Source: Candidatus Thorarchaeota archaeon
GTDB lineage: Archaea > Asgardarchaeota > Thorarchaeia > Thorarchaeales > Thorarchaeaceae
Assembly (NCBI GenBank): GCA_003345595.1
Contig: PRDI01000125.1
Span: forward strand, 1-18,328
DNA length: 18,328 nt
Direction: 5' to 3'
The notes under the pieces were generated by a model. It had not been told where the DNA came from, searched no databases, and was given only the letters and a program-made list of their open reading frames with translations. Shown piece by piece: positions 9,303-17,223 of this stretch. The position numbers and the translations under genes were made by a program. Within the stretch, counting starts at the first letter, position 1, and every line of letters starts with the position of its first letter.

Positions 9303-9586
9303 GGATGCGACACTTTCAGAAAGCAACCCCCATGTCTGATGTTGTGACAACGGGGCCTACTTCGAGCTCACAGCCCACGAAATGTGCTATGGTCCGTGGT
9401 ATCATAGTAGGAGATATCAGGTCTCTTTCACCTGGTCGCCATCCTTTGGGTGATTTAGAGTCCTCCTGCCATCATCACCACAGATATAACCGAAAATCGG
9501 ACCTCGCAGTCGCCCGATTCCTGCTCACAACAAACCATGTCACACAGCTGTGCTCCGCGAGTCGCACAGCAAGAGGATGAGATGAA

Positions 9587-10126
9587 ATGTCCGAAACAGC
9601 TCATGAACCCAGAAACAAGATTGCACATGAGCCCAAGTCCACATTCTCTCAAGAGATTGCGGCACAGCCCGGCGGCGAGTATATCAGGAAATGCATTCAG
9701 TGTGGACTATGCACGGCAAGCTGCATGGTAGCCAACTACACTGATAAGTATAGACCCCGCAAGATGGTCCAGAAGATACTCATTGGTGAACGCGAAGAGG
9801 TCCTAAGTTCTGAACTCCCTTGGCTGTGCATGACATGCAGACTCTGCGAAGAGAGATGCCAGGAAGGTGTGAGCCTTGCTGAGATATTTCACGTTGTTAG
9901 AGACATAGCCGCGAGAGAAGGTCATATCCCTAAGGTCTTCAAAGACACCGTCAATTTGGTGATGAAAGACGGTTGGCTGCTAAAGGGTTCCTATACTGAT
10001 TTCGAGCAGGACGACAGAACTAGTCTAGGGCTAGACCCAGATCTTAACTGGAATGAGGAGTTCATGAAGAAGGTCAAGGCTCGCTATTTCGGGAAAGAGC
10101 CTGTGGAAGGAGGCGAACAAGAATGA
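9587..10126 (+). CDS. hdrC: Heterodisulfide reductase subunit C
   Basis: CIQCGLCTASC and WLCMTCRLCEERC (two [4Fe-4S] motifs). ATGA overlap with hdrB. Confidence 0.92.
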   Translation: MSETAHEPRNKIAHEPKSTFSQEIAAQPGGEYIRKCIQCGLCTASCMVANYTDKYRPRKMVQKILIGEREEVLSSELPWLCMTCRLCEERCQEGVSLAEIFHVVRDIAAREGHIPKVFKDTVNLVMKDGWLLKGSYTDFEQDDRTSLGLDPDLNWNEEFMKKVKARYFGKEPVEGGEQE

Positions 10127-10998
10127 AGGAGTTCGTGCTCTATACAGGATGCACCGCCCCAGTCAGGCTGCCCGCATATGAAGCAGCCGTGAAGGCAGTC
10201 TTGGACAAAATGGGTATTAAGCTCATCGACATGAAGGGTGCCAACTGCTGCGGCGCTCAGTATGTGGAGTCCGTCAACCGACATGCATTCGCTGCCATGA
10301 GCGGGCGTATTCTTGCTCTCTCCGAGAAGTATGGTCATGATATTCTTGCTATATGCGGAGCGTGTTCGGGTTCGCTCAAGTGGGTCAAACACGAGCTCGA
10401 TGAAGACTGGAAGCTCAGAGACGAAGTGAATGCCCTTCTGGCTGATGAAGGGCTGGAGTACACGGGCAAGACACAGGTGAAGCACCTACTCCAGATATTC
10501 CACGAGGACATAGGTTATGATGCGATAAAGGCCGCGATTGTGAAACCGTATTCAGGGATTCGTCTAGCTGCCCACTATGGTTGCCATGTTACAAGGCCTT
10601 ACGACATCGTCCGTGTTGATGACCCTGAGAACCCGACGATCATCGACCGGCTAATAGAGATTGCAGGCGGCACACCAGTTGACTATACAGGCAAGACACG
10701 GTGTTGCGGTGGCCCAATGCTTGCGATGGACCAATCGCTTGCCGTCAAGATCGGCTTGGACAAGATTCGCAACATTCGGAATGAGAAAGCGGATGGCATT
10801 GTCACTGCGTGTGTCTTCTGTGATATCCAACTGACACAGGTTCAGTTTGGTGAAGGTGTTGGTGAAAAGGAACGCATCCCGGTACTAACTCTGCCGCAGT
10901 TCCTTGGTCCAGCGCTAGGCATAAGCCCGGCGAAGCTAGGAATCAGTTTCAATAAGATCAGTCCCAGCAAGATTCTTGCGGGCGTCATGGAGGTGTAG
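10123..10998 (+). CDS. hdrB: Heterodisulfide reductase subunit B
   Basis: Two CCG domains: YTGC..NCCG..CGAC and HYGCH..RCCGG..ACVFC. Confidence 0.93.
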   Translation: MKEFVLYTGCTAPVRLPAYEAAVKAVLDKMGIKLIDMKGANCCGAQYVESVNRHAFAAMSGRILALSEKYGHDILAICGACSGSLKWVKHELDEDWKLRDEVNALLADEGLEYTGKTQVKHLLQIFHEDIGYDAIKAAIVKPYSGIRLAAHYGCHVTRPYDIVRVDDPENPTIIDRLIEIAGGTPVDYTGKTRCCGGPMLAMDQSLAVKIGLDKIRNIRNEKADGIVTACVFCDIQLTQVQFGEGVGEKERIPVLTLPQFLGPALGISPAKLGISFNKISPSKILAGVMEV

Positions 10999-11000
10999 CC

Positions 11001-12383
11001 ATGCCAGCAGCAGCAAAGCCCCAATCGAGCCGGAAAGTCGCCGCGAGGTCAAGTCGAACCGCTGCCAAGCCTAAACCAGCTGCTAAGCAGGTGGCACAAG
11101 CTGCCCTTGTGGTCGGCGGTGGTGTGGCAGGTATGCAGGCATCGTTGGACCTGGCCAACCAAGGGTTCAAGGTATACTTGGTTGAGAAGTCACCTTCTAT
11201 TGGCGGCCGGATGGCAATGCTTGACAAGACATTCCCGACACTTGACTGCTCTGCTTGTATTCTCACACCAAGACTGAGCGAAGTAGCTCGTCATCCCAAC
11301 ATCAAACTATTGACATACACGGATCTGGAGGGTGTTATCGGGAAGGTCGGAAACTTCAAGGTCCGTGTCATAAAGCGGGCCAGGTACGTGAAAGAGGAGT
11401 TGTGTGCCGGATGTGGTGCCTGCGCCAAGGAATGCCCGGTTGAAGTCCCAAACGAGTTTGATCAAGGTCTCGGGTTCAGGAAAGCGATCTATGTCGGGTT
11501 TCCTCAGTCAACGCCAAGCACCTACACGATTGACATGGAATCATGCATCAAATGCAAGCGTTGTGAGAGAGCCTGCGAGCGCAAGGCCATAGACCTCGAG
11601 ATGGAAGACGAACGGGTTGAGTTCGATGTTGGCGCGATTATTATCGCGACGGGGTATCGTCTGTTTGATGTGAGAAGGTACTACCGTCTGGGTTACGGAC
11701 GGCTTCCTGACGTCATCAACGCTATGGAGTACGAGCGATTAATCAATGCGGCAGGACCCACACAAGGGCACCTCATCCGCCTAAGTGATGGCAAGACTCC
11801 GCAATCGATTGGTTTCGTGCAGTGTGTTGGTGCCAGAGATGTGAACAAGGGTGTCCCATATTGCAGCAGAGTATGTTGCATGTATGGGATCAAGAACGCA
11901 GTCATGGCCAAAGAACACAATCCCTCTACCGATGTGACCATTTACTATGCGGATATCCGTGCCTTTGGGAAGGGCTTTGAGGAGTTCTACGAAATGGCCC
12001 GCACTCGCTTCGGTGTCAAATTCCTGAGAGGGCGAGCTGCAGAGATAATCGAGGATGTCAGGACCGGCAAACTGCATCTCAGAGCAGAGGATACTGAGAC
12101 TGCTCAGCCGCAGGAGTTTGAACATGACATGGTTGTGATTTGTCCCGGGATTCAGCCTCCTGACGACTTGGACAAGATTGCCGAGAAGCTGGGTGTGGCG
12201 ATGAGTAATGACGGCTACGTCGATGTCGTGCACCGTTACTTCGGCCCTGTCGACACAAAGATGCCAGGGATCTTCGTGTGTGGTTGCGCAGACGGACCCA
12301 AGGATATCCCTGACTCGGTAACAGCAGGAAGTGCAGCAGCGATGAAGGCATCTATTATTCTTGCGAAGGGGGGTGCCGCATGA
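11001..12383 (+). CDS. hdrA: HdrA core subunit (FAD/TrxR-like domain plus inserted 2[4Fe-4S] ferredoxin), lacking the N- and C-terminal domains
   Basis: GGGVAG, KTFPTLDCSAC, CAGCGACAKECP, CIKCKRCERAC, MEYER, QCVGAR..CSRVCCMYGIK, GPKDIPDS. Ends before any C-terminal ferredoxin. Confidence 0.92.
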   Translation: MPAAAKPQSSRKVAARSSRTAAKPKPAAKQVAQAALVVGGGVAGMQASLDLANQGFKVYLVEKSPSIGGRMAMLDKTFPTLDCSACILTPRLSEVARHPNIKLLTYTDLEGVIGKVGNFKVRVIKRARYVKEELCAGCGACAKECPVEVPNEFDQGLGFRKAIYVGFPQSTPSTYTIDMESCIKCKRCERACERKAIDLEMEDERVEFDVGAIIIATGYRLFDVRRYYRLGYGRLPDVINAMEYERLINAAGPTQGHLIRLSDGKTPQSIGFVQCVGARDVNKGVPYCSRVCCMYGIKNAVMAKEHNPSTDVTIYYADIRAFGKGFEEFYEMARTRFGVKFLRGRAAEIIEDVRTGKLHLRAEDTETAQPQEFEHDMVVICPGIQPPDDLDKIAEKLGVAMSNDGYVDVVHRYFGPVDTKMPGIFVCGCADGPKDIPDSVTAGSAAAMKASIILAKGGAA

Positions 12384-14131
12384 TGACCGAGAAAGCAGAG
12401 CCGAGAATTGGAGTCTTCGTTTGCCATTGTGGTCACAACATTGCTGGAGTTGTCGACGTGGCAAAGGTCGTTGAGTCGGCAAAGTCGCTGCCCCATGTGG
12501 TCCTTTCGACAGACCACATGTTCATGTGCTCAGACGCAGGTCAGCAGTTGATTAAGGATAGAATCAAAGAGCAGAAGCTGAACCGTGTTGTGGTGGCGAG
12601 CTGTTCACCCCGAATGCATGAACCGACATTCCGTCGGGTCGTGGAGGATGCAGGTCTAAACCGTTATCTCTTTGATCAGGTAAACATACGGGAGCATGTT
12701 TCATGGTGCCACATGCGTCAGCCAAAGGAGGCTACTGACAAAGCCATTGACCTTGTCAGAATGTCTGTGGCCCGAGCAGCAGAGCTTGAGAGTCTGCCCA
12801 TAAAGTCGGTCAGTGTTACTCCGCGGACACTTGTTGTCGGTGGAGGCATTGCTGGGCTGAGGGCGTCCCTTGACATTGCAGACAGAGGTTTCGAGGCTGT
12901 CTTGGTAGAAAGGATGCCCGAACTCGGAGGCCATGTGAGGAAGTGGACACACCTCTTCCCGGCAGATGAGTCAGGAGAGCAGATAATTGCGCCGCTTGTT
13001 CGACAGGCTGAGCATCACAAGCTTGTCAGAGTCATGAAGGACAGTGAAGTCGTTGAGTTCGGTGGATACATTGGCAACTTCACTGCGAAGATCAAGAACC
13101 ACAAGACTGGTATGGTCAAGGAAGTCGATGTTGGTACTGTGATTGTGGCGACCGGTTTCGAGCCATTCAGGCCATTCGGATATTACGAATATGGTCAACA
13201 CCCTGACATAATCACGCTTGCAGAGCTTCAAGAGATGACGCCTAGGGCGGACCTAATCCGACCCAGCGACGGGAAGAAAGTCAAGAAGCTTGCATTCATT
13301 GGTTGTGTCGGATCTCGAGAGGCGGGCAAACTGGGCCACGAACATTGTTCTCGGCATTGCTGTTCGGCTGTTGCGAAAGCGGCGGCAGACCTGAGAGACA
13401 GGGTCGACGAAGTCGTAATAATGTACCAAGACATCAGGACCTATGGAAGGGGCCACGAAGAGCTGCATCGGCTCGCGAGGTCGAAGCTGGTCATCTACAG
13501 CAAGTTTCCCAAGGAGAAGAAACCGGTTGTGCAGATTGCTAACGGCAGGATAAGGATCACATGGTATGATGTACTGTCAGGTGACAATCTGGAGTACGAG
13601 CCGGACCTGCTAGTGCTGGCCTCAGCGATGATACCTCCTGCGGATGTTGCTGAGACTTCAAAGATGTTCAGTCTCACGAGGAGTGCAGACGGCTTCTTCA
13701 ACCCAGAGCACATCAAGCTTGCACCTTTGACCACACACACCGCTGGAGTCATGATTGCAGGAGCGGCCCAGGCGGCAAAGAACGCATCTGAGTCTGTTGT
13801 CGATGCCAGCGGCGCGGCAGCCAAGGCTGTCGGGCTAATGGCAAGAGGAAACGTGGAGATCGAGTCTACGGTTTCACATGTGATTCCGGAGCTGTGCTCA
13901 TCATGTCACACGTGTGTGACTGCCTGCCCGTATGGAGCAATCGCAATGGACACGAAGAAGAGCCCACCAGTGGCCTTGGTGACAGAGGCCAAGTGCAAGG
14001 GCTGCGGCACATGCGCGGCATCATGCCCGAGTAGTGCGATTATCATGTACCATTCCACGGACGAACAGATCCTGACAATGGTGGAGGCATATCTCTGTCC
14101 CTCGACTCAGACTACGGGAGGTGTCGCTTGA
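12380..14131 (+). CDS. hdrA: HdrA partner subunit (N-terminal Fe-S domain, FAD domain without inserted ferredoxin, C-terminal 2[4Fe-4S])
   Basis: RIGVFVCHCG, FMCS, ASCSPRMHE, NIREH.SW.H, GGGIAG, GCVGSR..CSRHCC, CSSCHTCVTACP, CKGCGTCAASCP. Confidence 0.92.
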   Translation: MMTEKAEPRIGVFVCHCGHNIAGVVDVAKVVESAKSLPHVVLSTDHMFMCSDAGQQLIKDRIKEQKLNRVVVASCSPRMHEPTFRRVVEDAGLNRYLFDQVNIREHVSWCHMRQPKEATDKAIDLVRMSVARAAELESLPIKSVSVTPRTLVVGGGIAGLRASLDIADRGFEAVLVERMPELGGHVRKWTHLFPADESGEQIIAPLVRQAEHHKLVRVMKDSEVVEFGGYIGNFTAKIKNHKTGMVKEVDVGTVIVATGFEPFRPFGYYEYGQHPDIITLAELQEMTPRADLIRPSDGKKVKKLAFIGCVGSREAGKLGHEHCSRHCCSAVAKAAADLRDRVDEVVIMYQDIRTYGRGHEELHRLARSKLVIYSKFPKEKKPVVQIANGRIRITWYDVLSGDNLEYEPDLLVLASAMIPPADVAETSKMFSLTRSADGFFNPEHIKLAPLTTHTAGVMIAGAAQAAKNASESVVDASGAAAKAVGLMARGNVEIESTVSHVIPELCSSCHTCVTACPYGAIAMDTKKSPPVALVTEAKCKGCGTCAASCPSSAIIMYHSTDEQILTMVEAYLCPSTQTTGGVA

Positions 14132-14574
14132 TGTCGACCACCACTGCCGAATCGAGCCCCGCAGTGAACTGGGAGCCCCGAATCATTGCATACTGCTGCA
14201 ACTGGTGTTCGTATGCAGGTGCCGATCTTGCAGGGACAAGCAGGATCCAGTACCCACCGAACGCGAGAATTCTCAGAGTCAACTGCACGGGACGTATCGA
14301 TCCCGAATTCATTCTCGTTGCTCTTGAGATGGGAGCGGATGGCGTGCTTGTGTCAGGATGCCACCCAGGCGACTGTCACTACACTTCTGGGAACTTGAAG
14401 CTCCGTGCCCGATGGGCTCTCATGCAGAAGACGATTGAACAGGCAGGCGTTGACCCCCGAAGAGTACGCCTGCAGTGGGCTAGCGCCTCAGAGGCGCAGA
14501 TTTTCGCAGATGGAGTCAAAGAGCTGACCGAGCAAGTAAGAAAGCTTGGTCCGATAAGGAGTGAATGGAAATGA
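14131..14574 (+). CDS. mvhD: Methyl-viologen-reducing hydrogenase delta subunit, [2Fe-2S] (all-Cys form)
   Basis: CCNWCSYAGAD.AG, RVNCTGR, GADGVLVSGCHPGDCHY, WASASE. TGATG coupling with hdrA'' (TTG 14128 is an alternative start). Confidence 0.95.
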   Translation: MSTTTAESSPAVNWEPRIIAYCCNWCSYAGADLAGTSRIQYPPNARILRVNCTGRIDPEFILVALEMGADGVLVSGCHPGDCHYTSGNLKLRARWALMQKTIEQAGVDPRRVRLQWASASEAQIFADGVKELTEQVRKLGPIRSEWK

Positions 14575-14804
14575 GCGCGTTCCAGAGGTTCTTCAGTCAG
14601 AAGCGCGGAGATGTACGGAAGCAACGACAGGCTATCGAAGAGTCCTTGAAGGCAGGTCCTTCCACTGTCACCAAGATAGCGGAGAAGACTGGTCTGGCCA
14701 AGGACCTGATTGTGTGGAATCTGGTTGGCATGCTGAAGTGGGGCGCCGTGGAAGTCACTGGCGAACAAGACCACGAGCTTGTTTACACACTCAAGGAGGC
14801 GTAA
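14571..14804 (+). CDS. Small winged helix-turn-helix protein
   Basis: 77 aa: IEESLKAGPSTVTKIAEKTGLAKDLIVWNLVGMLKWGAVEVTG...VYTL. SD AGGAGTGA. ATGA overlap with mvhD and TAATG overlap with mvhG. Confidence 0.8.
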   Translation: MSAFQRFFSQKRGDVRKQRQAIEESLKAGPSTVTKIAEKTGLAKDLIVWNLVGMLKWGAVEVTGEQDHELVYTLKEA

Positions 14805-15736
14805 TGTTGGCAAAGCCGGTACCGGTGGCCATGGCGCAGGGGAGTTCTTGCTGGGGTTGCTTCCAGAGTCTAGTAGACATACACCTGAAGCTCGCAGACG
14901 TGCTCCCACTGTTGGACATCAAGTACTGGCAGGCTGTGGTTGACTACAAGCTTAAGGACTTGGAAGGTTATCCCGACAAATCCATTGCAGTCGGTTTCTA
15001 TGAGGGTATGGCTCGCACTGAGGAAGATATTCACCTTCTGAAGGTCATGCGTCAGAAATGCCAGACCCTGATTGCATTTGGCTCATGCTCTTGCTTTGGC
15101 GGCATTCCCGGCATGGCCAACTTCTCGGACATCGAGCAGTGCTACGACGTCAAGTTCAGACACAACAAGACAGTCAACGGCGGTAGTGTACCATCGGTCA
15201 ACGTCCCAGCAATCACAGATGTTGTGAAACCTAATACCGACTATGCAGCCTTCGACGTCTATCTGCCGGGATGTCCCCCAACATCGAAGCTCATCCTGAC
15301 TGCTGTGACTGCATTGCTTGAGGGTAAACCACTCGAGTTACCTCCCTACACCGTATGTCATTACTGTAAACGTGAGAAGAAAGAAACGCCCATCTCAGAG
15401 ATCCTTCGACCTTATGTAGGCAAGGCTGATGTCCAGAGATGCCTCCTTGAACAGGGCTACATCTGTATGGGCCCATCAACGTGGGGTCTCTGTGAGGGGC
15501 AGTGTGTCAATAAGGGTGCGACCTGCAGAGGTTGTTTTGGTCCTTCGCCGCCCATAATGAAGGATCACGGTGCCGCTACCATATCGATGCTGGGGACATA
15601 TGCTCCGATTGACCCGGACAAGCTCATCGCACAAGTAAAGGACCCACTGGGTACGTTCTACAGATTCGATTACCCTACAAGTCATCTGGGCCGCATTCGT
15701 ATCAAGCACGAGGAAGCTGAGAGGAGGCGCAAGTAG
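14804..15736 (+). CDS. mvhG: [NiFe] group 3c hydrogenase small subunit
   Basis: True start is ATG 14804 after AAGGAGG; the ORF-track extension from 14561 overlaps the wHTH gene. SCWGC, GSCSCFGGIPG, PGCPP, VCHYC, CLLEQGYICMGP, CRGCFGP. Confidence 0.93.
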   Translation: MLAKPVPVAMAQGSSCWGCFQSLVDIHLKLADVLPLLDIKYWQAVVDYKLKDLEGYPDKSIAVGFYEGMARTEEDIHLLKVMRQKCQTLIAFGSCSCFGGIPGMANFSDIEQCYDVKFRHNKTVNGGSVPSVNVPAITDVVKPNTDYAAFDVYLPGCPPTSKLILTAVTALLEGKPLELPPYTVCHYCKREKKETPISEILRPYVGKADVQRCLLEQGYICMGPSTWGLCEGQCVNKGATCRGCFGPSPPIMKDHGAATISMLGTYAPIDPDKLIAQVKDPLGTFYRFDYPTSHLGRIRIKHEEAERRRK

Positions 15737-15737
15737 A

Positions 15738-17054
15738 GTGCCGGAGGAGAAGACAATCCACATCGACCCAGTGACTCGTCTTGAGGGTCATGGTGCTCTG
15801 ACCATCAAGCTGGGCCCTGGAAACAAGGTGAAGGATGTTCAGTTCAACATTGGGAGCACGCGCTTTTTCGAGCAGTTTCTGGTGGGCAGGCCCATGGAAG
15901 AGGTCCCAAGGATTGCCCCAAGAATCTGCGGCATCTGTCCTGAGCCTCACCATCTTGCATCAGTGAAAGCTGTCGAGGCCGCGTGGGACGTGAAACCACC
16001 TCCAGCCGCCATAAAGCTGAGGCGTCTACTTATTGAGGCGAAGCAGCTGTCATCACATGCTATCCATTTCTACGCATTAGCTGCGCCTGACTTCGTGTTC
16101 GGACCATTTGCTGACCCAAGTGTGAGAAATGTGGCCGGTGTCCTGAAACACCTGCCCGATGTTGCAGTACAAGCAATCAAGCTCATGGAGTTTGGTCAGG
16201 AACTGTGCAGAGACATTGCAGCTAAGGCAATCCATCCCGCGACCGCTATCCCGGGTGGGATGTTGAACTCACTCAAGGAGGAAGAACGCGACAAGTGGCT
16301 CAAAGCTGTTCCTGCCATGCTTGAGAACGTGCAGAAGACCGTCGACCTTGCAAAGAAGGTCGTCAACCTCTACTTCGACGTTATCACAAAAGTAGCTGTG
16401 ACCCCAACTTACTATGTGGGTCTGAGCAACAAGGGTGTGCTCGACATCTATGATGGTACCATCCACGTTATGGATCCTAGCGGGAAGATGGTTGCTGACT
16501 TCGAGCCTAAGGATTACACCAAATACTGGGGCGAGTATGTGAGCGATCATTCATATGCGACCCACATCTACTACAAACTGGCAGGATATCCGGCAGGTAT
16601 CTGGCGGGCCAACACGCTCGCACGATGCAACATCGCTGATAGAATGGCCACTCCCCTTGCTGACGCTGCCCTAAAGGAGATGCGTGCATTAATTGGTCGG
16701 CCATCGCACCACACATTTGGCTACCACTACGCAAGGATAGTTGAGATGGTTCAGGCTGCTGAGTCGATCAAGAAACTCCTTGAAGACCCCGATATAGTAA
16801 GCACGGACGTGAAACTATCGGACGTGCAGCCAAAGGCTGGAGAAGGAGTCGGGGTGGTAGAGGCACCGAGAGGCACATGCCTCCACAATTACGAATGTGA
16901 CGACCAGGGGATAGTCACCAAGGCTAACATCATAGTTGCCACAAACCACAACATCGGCGGTATTGAGAAATCTCTCACGGATGCTGCCAAGATGATCTTC
17001 GAACAGGACGGCCTCAAGAAGCTGAAGCTGCCAGAACCCCTAGTGAAGACCTAG
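15738..17054 (+). CDS. vhuA: [NiFe(Se)] group 3c hydrogenase large subunit, split VhuA-type lacking the C-terminal L2 motif
   Basis: DPVTRLEGHG, L1 motif RICGICPEPH, EAPRG..LH.Y, ANIIVATNHN. Ends at TAG with no DPCxxC. Confidence 0.93.
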   Translation: MPEEKTIHIDPVTRLEGHGALTIKLGPGNKVKDVQFNIGSTRFFEQFLVGRPMEEVPRIAPRICGICPEPHHLASVKAVEAAWDVKPPPAAIKLRRLLIEAKQLSSHAIHFYALAAPDFVFGPFADPSVRNVAGVLKHLPDVAVQAIKLMEFGQELCRDIAAKAIHPATAIPGGMLNSLKEEERDKWLKAVPAMLENVQKTVDLAKKVVNLYFDVITKVAVTPTYYVGLSNKGVLDIYDGTIHVMDPSGKMVADFEPKDYTKYWGEYVSDHSYATHIYYKLAGYPAGIWRANTLARCNIADRMATPLADAALKEMRALIGRPSHHTFGYHYARIVEMVQAAESIKKLLEDPDIVSTDVKLSDVQPKAGEGVGVVEAPRGTCLHNYECDDQGIVTKANIIVATNHNIGGIEKSLTDAAKMIFEQDGLKKLKLPEPLVKT

Positions 17055-17070
17055 ACAGGAACGAATGAAC

Positions 17071-17223
17071 ATGACAGACGAAATACCTGAAGGCGTACTC
17101 AATCTCCTTGAGATGGTTGTACGCTGCTATGACTGCTGACTCTCTTGCGCCGCTCACATCGTCATTGTAGACGAAGAGGGACGCGAGATAGTCAGCAAGG
17201 AGCTCGTGACCAGCAGCGAATGA
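17071..17223 (+). CDS. vhuU: VhuU-type selenoprotein small hydrogenase subunit (Sec codon TGA 17137-17139; absent from ORF track)
   Basis: Manual translation: MTDEIPEGVLNLLEMVVRCYDC(U)LSCAAHIVIVDEEGREIVSKELVTSSE*. In-frame ATG also at 17065. Matches the L2 motif E...R.YDP[C/U]xxCxxH plus a cleavable tail, and directly follows L2-less vhuA. Confidence 0.93.

Noticed and set aside
12381-14574. Sec readthrough fusing hdrA'-hdrA''-mvhD at their TGA stops
   Set aside because: The downstream genes are in different frames (ATGA/TGATG coupling) and the TGAs do not align with Cys positions.
14561-14803. 81-aa N-terminal extension of MvhG in the ORF track
   Set aside because: It overlaps the wHTH gene in another frame. 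MvhG homology and the SD begin at ATG 14804.
15738-17139. mvhA as a truncated pseudogene with a nonsense-disrupted C-terminal fragment
   Set aside because: The split matches the VhuA/VhuU arrangement. The TGA sits exactly at the Sec ligand position and a SECIS follows.
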